A stretch of DNA of 64,000 nt from Narcine bancroftii (GCF_036971445.1 NC_091480.1:21080001-21144000), one strand, 5' to 3'. Counted from the stretch's first letter, positions 48,713 to 62,524 are shown. Translations and numbers: made by a program. Notes: a model not told the origin generated them from the letters alone.

Positions 48713-49710
48713 GTAAGTATTAACAGAAGCACTTGAGAAAATAAAAAATTGAATCAAGGATCCTATATGATTGAATTCAGTGCATAAGTTGAGATATTTG
48801 GCTTGTTATTTGATTTGGATGGGTAGGGATGGAGAGTTCCCCCGCATATGCATGTATTAGTCCAGCTATTTTATTCCCCACAGGAGTTGATGCCTTAGAA
48901 TCAGTGCATTTATTTGTGTTTGGACAGCGGCTGCAGTGATGCAGCATCTTAAAAGTTTTTGTTACTGTGCCAATAATCCAGCAGCCTTAACTAGATGTGA
49001 TAATGCAAAAACAATGTCCAGCAGTGACTGAAATTCTGAAAGGTCAAGCAATATGTCTAACTGTGCGATAATGCTCCCAGAGTGTTTCCAATCAGATGTT
49101 TCCATGCCAGTAAACAAAGATGAAACTGCACTGCTAAATCCTGATGTTAAACTAAGTTGAGTAGTCCCATTTCGGTACACAGTGCTACAGGGAATGTGAG
49201 ACTTTTAAAATACAGACCTTAGAGTAACGGGCCAATTCATTTTCATTGAAAATATTAATTCTCCCACTCTTTGAACTACACCATGATATTTTGTGTTTAA
49301 ATAAACTAGAATAGTTGCAGATCATTCTGATTGAAGCTATTTTTGCATTTGACATAACATTTGTTTTACAAAACCCATGAGTCTGGCTTCATACCAATGC
49401 TTTAGTAGAAAAATGTAATGAATTAGCTTGTTTCAGTTCAGACAATGCAATTTAAGGTCAAAACTTTACAGAGTAGAATGTGAAAAATACTTTCAATAAT
49501 CTTATAGAATTTCATGAAAACAAAATGTTTCAAATACTTGAAAATGAATAGATAAATGCCAACAATCAACACAAAAGCTAATTCTGTGGACATCTTTCAA
49601 AGTAAATAAAAAAACTATTTTGTTGCTTCTATAGAAATAAGAAGATTCTGTGTGAACTAAATCACTGTCATATTCAATATATTTTTTTCCTTGTTCTCAT
49701 TCCTTTACAG

Positions 49711-49959
49711 CCTCTTCGACGTTTTCATGAAAACATGACTGAAATTTTCCATTCAGTTCACCCCTGGCATCGATCCCTGAAAGTTATTGGTGGCAAGTTT
49801 GGAACAGGAGTCCTCTCCTATTTCACCTTCCTCAAATGGCTGCTTATGTTCAACATCTTTTCCTTCCTGATTAACTTCAGCTTCATTACCATCCCACAAT
49901 TCTTTGCTCTGAGTCCCAACAACCTCACTTTCACAGGTTTGGAGCTCCTCACAGGTGCA
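49711..49959 (+). CDS. TMC5: TMC5 coding exon 7 (TM1 region)
   Basis: cctttacag|CCT ... GCA|gtaagt; PWHRSLKVIGGKFGTGVLSYFTFLKWLLMFNIFSFLINFSFITIPQ...FTGLELLTGA, a diagnostic TMC5/6 sequence. Confidence 0.95.
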
Positions 49960-50154
49960 GTAAGTATCCTTGAATGATGAATTTTTACAATAGAACTAGA
50001 ATTAAAATTAAAATTAAAATGATGGTAAAGTGCAAAGAAACAAGGTTAGCCACTTTTTGTTACTTTATTTAGCTAATAGTGTCAATGATATTTAGAATGT
50101 AAATTAATCTTTAAGACCAAAAAAAACATCAAATAGAAGATGGGCAATCATCAT

Positions 50155-51383
50155 TTTTTTTTGGAAAACTTGATTTATTTGAAAAATTGTTAGTAATAAT
50201 ACAAAATACAAACAATAAGAACATTTTTATATGAAAAATTAATAATAAAGAAAAGAAAAGAAAAAAAATAGAGGAAATTTTTAAAATCAAAATTAAATCC
50301 CCACCCACCCTCCCACCCCCTTCAGCCAGCTCTCTTAAGGAGAGCCAAAAATATAATAGATCAAAGTACATCTAAATGCATATACTCCAAATATGGTAAC
50401 CACTTATTAACAAAAATAAATAATTATCATGCAGAACATATATAATTTATTTCCATAACAATACAAACTTTCATTATGCCAACGCATATGTTAATTACTG
50501 TATTATCCTTCTATGTACTTGCTACACATTTTCGAGCTATGGACAATGCTAAATATACAAATGCAATTTGAAATTTATCCAATCCCGATCCCTTTAAAGG
50601 AATCACATAACCCAATAAAAAAAATGGATGGATCTAACGGTAACTTAAACTTATACAATTTTTCCAAAATTAGCTTAATTTCTTCCCCAAATGGTTGTAT
50701 ACACACAGGACCAAACAGCTTGCAAAAAAGTTCCAACACATGTACCACATCTAAAACAGGAATCTGAATTACTGAAACCATATCTTTTCAATTTCTCAGG
50801 AGCTGAATATAACTGATGTAAAAAATTATAATTAACCATTCCATATCGTACATTCGTCAATCTAGTAACACTATCATAACATATATCCATCCAATATTCT
50901 TCAGGAAAAACAAAAGTTAAGTCATTTTCCCATTTAAATTTAGGCTTATCCATATTGTCTTGTAACACTTGATACATAACAGAAATATAGCCCTTTTTTG
51001 GTAGAGAGGAAAGCAAAGACTCGAATTCCAACAATACAGGTAAAATCATCTCTCTACCATACATATTTTTCACTAAAAATTGAATTTGATAATAAACAAA
51101 TAAAGATTTTTCTGCAATACAAAACGTTCTTTCAATTGGTTAAAAGAAAGAAAGGGTCTTTCTACAAAGCAATCCTGTAATGTTTTTATACCCTTTGAAT
51201 CCCAACTCTTTAAATTACTATTAAATATTGAAAAAGGAATAAGCTGATTATTATATAATGATGTTAAAATAGACAATTTACCGATTTTTTTTTTGTCCAT
51301 AACATCAATAAATGTTTTAATATCGGCATATTATACTCCCATAACAAATTTGTATTCCTCCGAAATATAAATTGATGCATTGC
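50155..51383 (-). mobile_element. L1/Tx1-type LINE, 5'-truncated
   Basis: ORF2 remnants (WDSKGIKTLQD; KWENDL; VNYNFLHQLYSAPEKLKRYG...CFRCGTCVGTFLQAVWSC) and A-tail at 50155. 18-bp TSD aagatgggcaatc(a/c)tcat at 50137-50154 and 51384-51401. Confidence 0.88.
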
Positions 51384-51490
51384 AAGATGGGCAATCCTCA
51401 TGATGTAAAATGAATCTTTAATATCAGCTGGATTTTTAAAAATGTAATAATGAAAAGCTATTAGTGTTCACCTTAAGTATTCCATACAAA

Positions 51491-51801
51491 GGACAGTAGC
51501 TTTGTTGTTTTACCTATTGAACGAGAAAAAGTCCCAATTGTGTTTTTTTTTAATACAGCATAGGTTCTTTTTAGACTGCTTTCTCTTTAATGCAGTGGAC
51601 AGTAGCTTTGTTGTTTTACCTATTGAACGGGGGAAAAAGTCCCAATTTTTTTTTAATACAGGATAGGTTCTTTTTAGACTGCTTTCTCTTTAATGCAATG
51701 GACAGTAACTTTGTTGTTTTACCTATTGAATGGGAAAAAGTCCCAATTTTGGGTTTTTTTTAAACACAGCATAGGTTATTTTTAGACTGCTTTGTCTTTA
51801 A
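51491..51801. repeat. Tandem triplication, ~104-bp unit
   Basis: Units start ggacagta(g/a)ctttgttgttttacctattgaa at 51491, 51597 and 51700. Confidence 0.9.
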
Positions 51802-52933
51802 CTCTCACGATGAGATAATTTGAAGTGATGTGAATTTAAATTCCTTGTAATCCCATCCCATGACAGAATATGAAAAATTCATTTGTGGTTCTATGCAATC
51901 TGATCATTTTAAGTAGAAGACTTAGCCTTCCTTACTGCTTAGTAATCTATTTGACCTTAGAAGACCATTTTCATATGTATTTTGTGATCCCTTCAAGATA
52001 TAAGAAATATAAAACGTAAATTTGCAAAGTTTATGGGATGTTTCAACTTCTGCTTTAATTTGTGTTTAGCATGCAAAATTGAGCATAAAAAGTCAATTAA
52101 ACATTTCCTGGCTTGGCTTTAAATGAGATTGGTTGCCTAGTTCTGACAGGAGACTGTTGATTGTATTTGCAAAGGAGAAGCTTTTCCGACTCATTTTGTG
52201 AGATATGTGCAAAAATCTTTTTTCAAAAAGCTAGAAGTTTTTATTGTCATGAAAAGTTTTCAAACTGGGGAATATTTGCCCACTCTGCCCCCTCCCACAC
52301 TGGATTGGTAAAGTAGAGATCCAAGAAAAATTTTCAAAATAATGAGCAACTTTGATGGACAAACTGTTAAAATTAATGTTTGCACTTGTAGATGAGGTTT
52401 TTTTTAAAAAAAAAACCAAAGGGGATATTGAGCTGCAGAAAGAAAACAATCCAGGTGCTTTTAACACATTTTGAAAAGAAATTGGATGGATGTGGAAAAA
52501 GAAGATTGTAAAACTCAGAGTGAAGGGTCAGTTACGGAATAGATCGACAGGAAAAAATAACTGAAAAGGCTTGATGAAACCTAGATTGGTTAAACTTCAA
52601 TGCAATGTAATTTTTCTTGGAACATTGATTTTATTTTAAATCCTTGTAGTAATTTTTGTTGTTTCCAACCATTTTGAACAGAAATCTCCCTTATTCCAAT
52701 TGTGTTCACTGGCGGTTTTTAAAATCTCTGCACTGGTCTATTCTGTAAAATGACCAGTCTGTACTACAATGACAGATCTATTCTGGTTATTCTTTGCTTA
52801 TTCCTTAAAGAAGGGCTCAGGCCCAAAATGTCGGCACTATATCTTGATCTCCTATGGATGCTGTAACACAAGCTGAGCGTTTACTACAATCACAGCATCT
52901 GCAGACATTTGTGTTTCACTGTATACTGTAAGG

Positions 52934-54058
52934 CAGGGGTGTCAAACTCAAATTCACGGAGGGCCAAAATTAAAAACTTGGACTAAGTCGAGGGCTGAAC
53001 TAAATATTTATTGAAAATTTTCAACAACATCTGCATGTTTTCTCTTCTTTCAACATATGTAATGTTAAACTTTTTCTTATTAAAATAAATGTTTAATAAT
53101 AGTTTTGGATAAACTCTTTCATTGTCATTGGCCCATTTCCTTTGGAGATCTGAAACCGTGCACATGATGAGTCAATGAGGGATGATTAAAGCAGTGGTCT
53201 TCAAACTTTTTCTTTCCACCCACAGACCACCTTAAGCAATCCCTTACTAATCACAGAGCACCAATGGCACAGGGACGCGAGTGGAAAGAAAAAGGTTGAG
53301 AACTGTTGTATTGTGGTAACTCCACATCTGATTAGGTTAATTGTTAGGCAAGTGGTCAGAGAAGGACCCCCCCCACCCCAAGAAAGGCTTAAATCACAGG
53401 AACAAAATAAGCTTCCGTCTCACTGCTCCCAATCTTACACACAGTCCTGATGTGGAATGTGGGGTCGCAGCTCCATATTCACCCGAGTTCAGGTGCTGTC
53501 TGTGTGGAGTTTGTACGCTCTCCCCTTGTCTTGGACCAACAGGTCGGTCGCCTGATGAAGGCACCCGAACCCCCCGTTGAAACGCCGGCATCCGGGGCGG
53601 TGGAGGAATTGGCTGAGAAGAGAGCGTTGCTCCCACCCCCCCTCCCATGGTTGGAGAGGGATTAAACTGCGATCTCGCGGCGCCAGGCTCGTCTCCAACA
53701 AAAGGAGCAGGAGGCAGGGTCCGCCGCGCACGGAGCGAGGGGGAAGGCATCGCCAACGAGACGTTCGGTCTGGCGTCGCCGCTGAAGCGCAGACCCAGCG
53801 AGGATGGTCCCCAACTCCAGCCGCGTCTGTGTGTCCGGGAGCCGGGCGGGCTGAGTGCGGCGCTCCGATCCCTGGGATTCGGGACTCTGAGATCCCTCCA
53901 CACCTCCGGCGTCTTCATTTTCACCTTCAGTGTGCATGCGCTATACTGGCGCGGCGGCCAGCGGCCAACTCTAATATATATTTAATATGATCTTGCGGGC
54001 CAAATATAATTATATCGCGGGCCAAATTTGGCCCGCAGGCCAGAGTTTGACATGTGTG
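52934..54058. mobile_element. Non-autonomous hAT (Charlie-like) composite element
   Basis: TIRs CAGGGGTGTCAAACTC ... GAGTTTGACATGTGTG; 8-bp TSD ctg(t/c)aagg at 52926-52933 and 54059-54066. Confidence 0.8.
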
Positions 54059-54129
54059 CTGCAAGGTCACTGGGTGGTGGGAGGATATGGCATGAATTAC
54101 TGTTTGATTCTGATTTTTTATTCTTGCAG

Positions 54130-54281
54130 GGTTACTTTACACAGACCATCTTTTACTATGGGTTTTATACCAATGGTAGCATTCAAGCAAGCCCTACTGC
54201 AGAAATGTACAATATGCAGCTTGCTTATTTCCTCACATTTGGATTCTACATGTTGATTTGTTTTCTGTGTCTGGTTTACAG
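54130..54281 (+). CDS. TMC5: TMC5 coding exon 8
   Basis: ttcttgcag|GGT ... TACAG|gtaatt; GYFTQTIFYYGFYTNGSI...YNMQLAYFLTFGFYMLICFLCLVY. Confidence 0.95.
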
Positions 54282-56850
54282 GTAATTGCATTTAATCCAT
54301 AAAGTGTTAACTACTTTTTTGACCTCAACTTCAACTTGGTTATGTTAGCAGATTGCATACTAACATTTTTTGTCTATATATTATGAATACCAGCATCACC
54401 AAGCAGAGAAATGGGCACCACAGCAAATAATATAATTTACACAAGTTCAAGTGTTCAGAGTTAACAGTTTAACAAACGAGAAAGTTTGGCAAAGACAACA
54501 ATTCAAAACCGTTAATTCTTTACTATTAATATGTTCCCATAATTCCAGCAAAGGTTTCATCTGGATGTAAAACCAAACTGAGGAATTATGCTAATCATTA
54601 ACAAGGTTCAAAACTTGTTAACTTTATGGAACTATTTAAAGGTAAAGGCAAGATCCCAAGCCTTCACTCTTGATATTTACATTTGAAAGCTTGGACTTGA
54701 CAGTCACTCAAGTAGGGAATTATTTTCAGTGTGTGATGACATTGTTTAATGGTTTTATTGTATTGTATATGTTGAACGTTTAATGGATTTGGAGGGGGTT
54801 GGGAAGGTGGGGGGGGGGGGAAAAAGGGGAGAAAATAGAGTGAAAATTAAAAAAAAAAATCAAGTATAGCATGTTACCTCCAAAAAAAAGTAGGAAAGAA
54901 CCAATGTCATCTGACTTATTAGTGTCTCAGGAGATGATTAGATACAACATGAGATGGCATATCCCAAGTAAAATTACAACAGACTCACATGGATTATTTA
55001 TTAATGATGATAATCGCATCTCAATTATTTTCTTCTCAAATGGATTTGGGCCCTTGAAAATTCTTTTTGAAAATGTTGTTTAATTTTTTTTTCCATATAT
55101 GTAATCACAGCCAGATCCAAAATAGAATAGTCAATTATTAGTATCAAATCCATTAAGCTAGATGGTGTATAGAGCATCAGTTTTCTTACAAACTCGCACG
55201 TCTTTAATGAGTCAGCTTTTAGAGATAATTTTTCTCAATGGCGTATTCACTCATTTTCCCCTTTTTTTTTATAGGGTTATAGAACTGATTTTCTTGATGA
55301 TAGAACAGCATTCTTGCCTTCTCAGAGATTGCTGCCTTCACCCTGCCCTGCAAAGGTCAGGTTTTATTCAGGTCAATTCAAATATCACTGCTTTTTACCC
55401 TGCCTTTTCATAAGGGACAGGTTTTATTCACCCTTCCTTTAACAAAGGACAGGTTCTATTCAGCTCTGTACGCTTTGCCTCAAAAAACAAGGACCTCCAG
55501 CCTTCTTTATCCTGCCTCTCTTCCCAAGTGATCTGACGTCACATAGCTTCAGTCTGTTTTGCAAAACCTCTCCTGTTCTAACATTTTATTTTGCAGTCTG
55601 GCACCTGTCACTCAAATGGATCTGGGGTGCAGCATTGCGCATACATTGTCCTGGCATCCATGGTGATCCATTTTAATTCCATTATTGGCTTGTCTTCTAT
55701 ACTCAACGTTTCCAAAATAACATCTTCCCAAGATATTCGGCCCAATGAATCTGCCCTTATTCATGTTCTCTCTTAGTGTCATAGTGTTTTTCAAATATGC
55801 TGTGGTGTGTGAACCCCTGTAGCCAAGCCCACTACATAACCTAAGGTATATAATGTTAACTTCAAATATTAACCACAGCTCTGTTACAGAGATGCACATC
55901 TTCTATTGTCAAATCTGGGGGAAAAAAAGCAAACTCCTCCTTCCCCATGCCCTGGGACTACGATGGTGCATTACATGTACTCTGAAGATGAGGCTGAAGG
56001 AATAACATGAGAATAAGATCTGCATATAGCCTCAGGTGAACCTGCAAAATGAGATTGCTCCTTCCTGTTTTGCTGTCAAGCTTTCTCCGGCTTGAAGGAA
56101 ATCTGAATAAGTCTCACCGTAACTTCTTTCGCTCAACCAGAAGAAATCAAAATGAAAACCAAAAGAACTGCAGATGCTTGAAATCTGAAATAAAGCAAAA
56201 AATATTGAAAGCCCTTGGCAGCTGTGAATGGAGACCCAGAGCTCATGTTTCAGGTTACAGACCTTTTTGAAGAGAAAATTGAGGAAACAAGTTGCAGAAG
56301 CTGTGGATGGCAGTTAGAAAGAGAAATAAAAACAAATTTAGAAATGGCTTTGTACCTTTAGAAAAAAAAGTATATAAATAACAGCAACCTGAACTTGATG
56401 TACACATATTAATTTATGCTGTTGTTTTTAATCATATTAATTCTTTATCCTGCCTCTCTTCCCAAGTGATCTGACGTCACATAGGCTTGTTACCAATACC
56501 TTTTATAAGTCATAAACTCTTACAGTTGTCTGAACTATAATTTCACCCACCCTGCTTCCTCTCAGGGCTTCCTTCATTCTCTGAGTTCATCTTTCTCCAT
56601 TGTAAGCAGCAGTGATGTTCAAGGAAAAACACAATAGTGAATTAAAATCCTCATTCAACTCTTAAAAGGAGCATCAACTCATCATAATGAAACACAAAAG
56701 TCTGCAGACGCTGCGATTGTAGTAAAAGCACGAACATCCGGGAGGAACTCAGCAGGTCACACAGCGTCCAGAAAGCTTTTCCTGTTCTGCCTAAATTGGA
56801 ACAAAAATCTGATTAGGCCAATTACTTAATTATTAATTTTTCTATTGCAG

Positions 56851-56995
56851 CATGGCAAAGACATTCAATGAAAACTTCATAACAATTGAAACTTTTTCTG
56901 GTGAGGCAGCCAAGCTTCTCTGTTCATGGGATTTTAAGATAACTAATGAAAAAACAGTACAACTGAAAAAAAGGAGTTTAAGCACTCAGTTAAAG
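56851..56995 (+). CDS. TMC5: TMC5 coding exon 9
   Basis: tctattgcag|C ... AAG|gtacgt; SMAKTFNENFITIETFSGEAAKLLCSWDFKITNEKTVQLKKRSLSTQLK, containing the TMC-family WDF motif. Confidence 0.95.
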
Positions 56996-58762
56996 GTACG
57001 TTTTCGTGTCTCTATACCAATTGTTATATAGTCAGGATAATGTGAACTGTTTTGTAACCACGTGAAAATACACCCTTTTCACTGTAGTAACTTTAATGTT
57101 CCACTGTGGGGCATATGTATTCATATAGAGTGTGTGTGAACAGTTTCCTGAGATGGTAGAAGGCATCAGTAAGTAAAGTCTCTAAGTTATTTAAGAAGTC
57201 TCCCAAGTAACACAGAGACATAACACCAATTGTTGTAATGGAACAAAAGGATTAATAATTTCAAGTGACAGAGTGATTAAATTCCATTATTTGGAAAGTG
57301 ATTTAATATTTAACATTTTTCAAAAAAATATAATTTTAATAACAATTGATTTAGATTGAAAATTTTAATGTAATCTTTCAATTAAACAAATTAATACTAA
57401 TGCATCTTCTGATTCACTGGATTAATATGATTAAAAACAACAGCATAAATTAATATCACTACAATCATGTGTATATCAAGTTCAGTTTGCTGTTATTTAT
57501 ATACTTTTTTTTCTAAAGGTACAAAGCCTTTTCTAAATTTTCAGTGTCCTGATTAATTACTTGAGGTGGATCTACCAGGTTGTTTTCTATAAATGCTCCA
57601 AGGTGCCATATAATGTAAGTCAGTTAATCCAAATTGAAGAAATTGTTCACTGCAAACCAGTAAGAATTAGGAAAATTTTAAAAAAAGAAAAGGGACAAAA
57701 AAAAACTGAATTTAACCCCAAGGGACTCTCAGAGAAATACTAATTATTTTCCCGTTGACGTAGACTACCTGGTGGTGTATCTCCAGATTTGTCAATGTGG
57801 AAGATGGAGAATTTTGTGGCAGCATATTTAAATTAGCAAGTTCAAGATCAAACAAAATGTGGAAGTGAAATGCTAGTGCAGTAAAACTCCTGGTATCCAG
57901 AATTAAAGCAACTGGCAAAAAAAATAGAGGAAAATAAATTTTAAAAAATAAATAAGAATAAAATAATAGGTAAAAATATGTACATTTAAATTGTAAAAGT
58001 AAACGTTCTCTGAAGTAACACATAAACCTTTGGTGAAGATGGGAGCAAATATTCAGCCAGTGGAGTGCCTTGGTTGTGTTTTGCTCATTGCAGCTGTTTG
58101 AATAAAGTTGTGTGAAAGAGCAATGGCTTCACCCAGGATGAAGAACTGGTTGATGCCACTCACCATTGGGGTGACTATTGTAAGGTAAAAACATCATGAG
58201 ATGGGACCGGAGAAGGAGTCACCCAGTACTAAGGAGTACCTTACACTCTCTTAAAGTGTCTCCTTATCCATGCTTATTAAGAGTTACCTCGGTCAAAGGC
58301 TTTATCTGTTAATTTGAGGGAGGGGGGTTAATTATCTAAAATCTTATTATTCATTATTTGGGTGGCTCCAAAGAGGGGGATGAACCTGCAGATGCAGCAA
58401 CGGTTAAATGTTTTCAAAACATGTGACTGAAACAAAAATGTAAAATGCTTTTAGGTGGATATATTCATGCAAGTGAAATTGTTCTGTGTAAGAATCATAT
58501 TTTTGTCTTTTAAACTGTTATTCTTAATGCAAGTGTGCTAGTTAGGCATTGTAAGAGTAAGTCTTAAGCCACCGGAAAGTACACTTTTCTGGCATCTACC
58601 GATCCAATAGGTGCAGGATACTAGGGGTATTACTGTATTTATCCAATCCTTTGTGCTCTTTCTCCTAAATATTTATTAATGAATATGTTTGCAACTGGAA
58701 AGTTTTTTTCCCCAAAAAAGTTAAATTCATTTTTTCCCTAAATATGCTGGAATTTTAAAGTA

Positions 58763-58984
58763 CATTAAAACCCTTGGTATCCAGCACTTCTGAGGATTGG
58801 TAAATGACAAATAAGTAAATTTTCCGGTTGCTTGAGATTGCATTTTGCCTGATTGGTGAACTAATGTCGAGGCACACCAATTTTAACCCCATTTTTTTTT
58901 TAACCTATTTATTTTCCGCAATCTTTTTTCCTGGTTGCTTGAGGCTGCCGGTTGCTTGAATTCCGGATAAAAGGGGTTTTATTG
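58763..58984. mobile_element. Tigger-like MITE just upstream of the exon 10 acceptor
   Basis: TA|CAtTAAAACCCTTggTATCCaG ... CCGGATAAaAGGGGTTTTATTG|TA. Confidence 0.7.
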
Positions 58985-59037
58985 TATATGAATACTACAT
59001 CATTTTTAAATTTAAAATACTCAATTATTTTCTGCAG

Positions 59038-59193
59038 GAAAGGCTATCGGATAAAATGAATTACAAGAGACAATTAACAAGAAACCAGAAAATTGTGAGA
59101 TTTTTAATTCATCTGATAACTTGGATTATTTCATTAGGTACAACATTTGGTTGCTGCTTTGGAGTTCATTCCTATTGTGTTTCTAATTTTCAA
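59038..59193 (+). CDS. TMC5: TMC5 coding exon 10
   Basis: tttctgcag|GAA ... CAA|gtacgt; ERLSDKMNYKRQLTRNQKIVRFLIHLITWIISLGTTFGCCFGVHSYCVSNFQ. Confidence 0.92.
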
Positions 59194-59804
59194 GTACGTA
59201 TTTACAAATTTTATTTTTCACCTTGCAAAACTTTTCTATTATACAGAGATTTTTTACTTCCATTAATGTCACCATTCAGTACCTGCCTGCTTAAGTGCAC
59301 ATACAGAAAAAAATTAATTTAGTGCTGGTATTATTGAGAATTTTGTCTAACCTCCAAAAAATATATAAAATTCTCATCATGAACTATTGCAATTGTAATC
59401 CAATTATCCAATAATTAAACAGTGCAATCATATAAAATGTAATTTGAACCATAGATTTGTCAATTCATCTATGATTGATCATGTGCACTTCCAATGAATT
59501 GGAGTTCTGCTGTTGTGTAAGAGCTGAGAAGGCACTAATGATCTGATTGCAGTTGGTCTTGAAAGAGGAACAATGTCACCCATCACCTGTTCGCAAGCTG
59601 TCTTGGGGGAAGAACAGTGGATAGGAATTGCCTTGTACCAGGAATTAGTTGTAACTGGATAAACAAGATAATTTTGTAGGGCTTCCCTTGAATAGCCTTT
59701 TGAAAAGATAGGCCATTTTAACAGATACTGTAAAGTAAGGGAAAGTGAAACTAAAACAAAAAAGAGAAAATGCAGATCAATGAGAAGAGAAAGACCCAAC
59801 ATTT

Positions 59805-60060
59805 CAGATCAGAATTTATTGGTATGAACATGTCACGAAATCTGTTGTTATTGTGGCACCCTCAGTGCAAATATTTATGTAAACTACATTATAAAATAAA
59901 TAAAAATGGTGCAAGAAAAAGAAAAAAAACACAAAGTAAGGTCTATGGTTCATTGTTCATTCAGAAATTTGATGTCCTTGTGCCACTGACTGGTCGTCTT
60001 CAGGCTCCTGTACCTTTTTTCTGATGGTAGCAGAGTGAAGAGGCCATGGCCTGGGTGGGT
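59805..60060 (-). mobile_element. Rex1/Babar-like LINE 3' end
   Basis: Homologous to 14620-14900 (atcagaatttattggtatgaacatgtcacgaaat...ggttcattgttcattcagaaatttgatg...cttcaggctcctgtacc). Confidence 0.6.
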
Positions 60061-60789
60061 GGGGGGTGGAATACCTTTGTCAGAAGGTTCTGATGATGGA
60101 TCTTTGACCTGGAATGTTAACTCTCTTTCTCTGTCTTCTCTGCTGGGTATTTCCAGCATTTCTGTTTTTATTTTAAATTTCCTCCATTTTTTATTATTGA
60201 TTTACACAGCATTATTGAAACTCTAAAATGTTTCCCTGCCTGTTCTGAATATTCAAAACTATGGTGGCCTCAGCAAATGTAATCGGCACTTTGCATATAG
60301 AACATTTCCAGATTCATTATGAATAGAAGTGACTTGTTTTGACAGAACTGTCTTTCTGCCTTAGCATCTCTGGTATTATATATATCAATGCAGCTAGTAG
60401 AATACTTAGGATACTTAGGAAAACAAGTACACTTTAAATCCTGGTTAAATGGAGGAGTTGGAATCCAGGGAAGATTTGGTTATAACCAAGCAGAAGGCTG
60501 AAGAATTTGCTTTACAACCAGAGGTTTAATTGTCAGGTAGAACAGCAAAGTATTCCCAACCACCGAGATTATGGAGAGTGAGTATGCAAAAATGTATGGC
60601 TGTATTTTTTTTCCATAGAGAACTAATGGTTAAAATCTATTCAATATTTGCCATTCCTCAAGCATAGCTGAAATTGATTGAACTTTTATGAAAAATGATC
60701 ACCTTGTTTAGTTTCCTTTTGAGGATCTGAAATTTAGGTATTAATGAAGCCAAATCTACAGATGTATTCTTAATTAAACTTTAATCTTA

Positions 60790-61110
60790 AGTTTCATGAA
60801 CTCCAACAGGAGAACTGTCATGTGGAATGGCAAGATTAACCCCTGTAGTTTTAAGGTGAGGCAAAGAAATTTTAAAATAGATCTGAGGCAAAGTGGTTTT
60901 TTTTTACCCAAATAGTACTTGACATCTGGAATCTGATGCTGGAGGGTGGTGGAATTTGGGTATAATTTAAGAGGCAGTTAGATAGGCACTTGAACAGACA
61001 AAGCAAAGAAAGTTATGGAACTAGTGCAGGCAAATGAGATTAGTATAGATGCGAAAAATGGTCAGCATGGATTTGTGGGCCAATTGGATCCCTTTTTGTG
61101 CTGTCTGACT
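60790..61110 (+). mobile_element. CR1-type LINE 3' fragment
   Basis: tttaaggtgaggcaaagaaattttaaaatagatctgaggcaaag...tggtcagcatggatttgtgggcc. Confidence 0.55.
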
Positions 61111-62524
61111 ATCTACCAGAGGAGACCATTCTGATGCACACCATATTAAATAATCTGAATTTGAAATTAGCTAAATTTAGTGACATTAGGTTTTTATTAT
61201 GAAATGTGAAATTGATTAGCACATTTTATTACTACAATTTAGATACTGCATTTATTATTTTGAGTAATTTAAGCAATGCCCATTAGAGAATTCTTTTGAT
61301 GCAAATTTAATGAGTTTTCTCCCTCATAAGAGTTTTTACAACATGTAATAAAGTATGGGAAATATTTTATGACATGTTTTACATGTCTTTGACTAAAGTT
61401 AATTCTTAGATGTATAGATTTGGAACATATCAGTTAAATTCATGCAGTTGGTTTCCTAAAATCAAATTAAATAAATAGAGTTGATTTGGGGAGGGCATTA
61501 AAATTATTCCCATAAAGAATTCTGGGTTGTCATTGAATCTTAAGTAGTTCTCCAATTTTTTTTGCACAGAAAGGAAGCTGCTGTCACGGAACCTTTTGTA
61601 GACCATGTGATTAATTTGTAGAATGTTGGAGTCTATGCTATTTCAAAGTATCTTGGAATGACATTACCATTATTTCCTGTATTCTTGGAGTAAATTAGGG
61701 TTATGGTGCATTTATATTAAAAATAATTTGGAGTTGCTTTGGGGTTCAGCTAGAAATGTAACCATAGCCCTACTCATTTAAGATCAAATGATAAAGAAAG
61801 GATCTTGGGATATAAAAGCAATAGAGAATTTCAACACAATTGTTTTCCCTATTTATTTGCATTTCCCAGCAAGGGTGAGGTAAAAATTTAAAAAAAAATT
61901 AATTACAGACCCAATGGAATTAATTACAGACCCAATGGAATAATGCAATGGAAAACAAAATTGGGTCAGTCATTAAGTCAGATTGTGCAGGGGATTTCAA
62001 TTTTGGTATAGAATGAGAGGCAAATACACTTAAAACTACTAGAAACATAGGTATTGGGATTTATTTAAACTGGATGAGAGCAACATGAACATTCTTGTTT
62101 TATTCTCACATGGGCTTTGACATGAGTTTATGAGTTTTGTCAGATTAGCCATTACATCAACTGGTAGAAAGATAGTTACAGATTCACACTTGGTTAATCA
62201 AGTGGTTATAAACCTATGAATTCCAGTGCTGCTTTGTTCTTCACAAAAAGATGCAAAAACAACAAAAATGTAAATTGGGATTGGTGTCTGCTGATGAGAA
62301 TAAAAAGCTTGAAACTGACCTGACTTTGGTGTGCGCTGGGGAGAAACTCTTTCTCTCGTTCTATGCATGAATGACCAGAAGGTTGTCTATAATGTATAGA
62401 CATTATACATTATACATATCTTAGTATATGTTCATGTTATGATTTTAGGAAGTAGCAATCATTTTAGTTAAAGTATATTTAAAACTTATTGAAATACAAA
62501 GTTGAGCATTTTTTACGATTGCAG

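Noticed and set aside
53341-53990. Several 80-176-aa ORFs as a separate gene
   Set aside because: They lie in the GC-rich interior of a hAT non-autonomous element, are open on both strands, and show no recognisable domain.
61898-61941. 21-bp direct repeat x2 (aattaattacagacccaatgg)
   Set aside because: A simple slippage duplication with no further structure.
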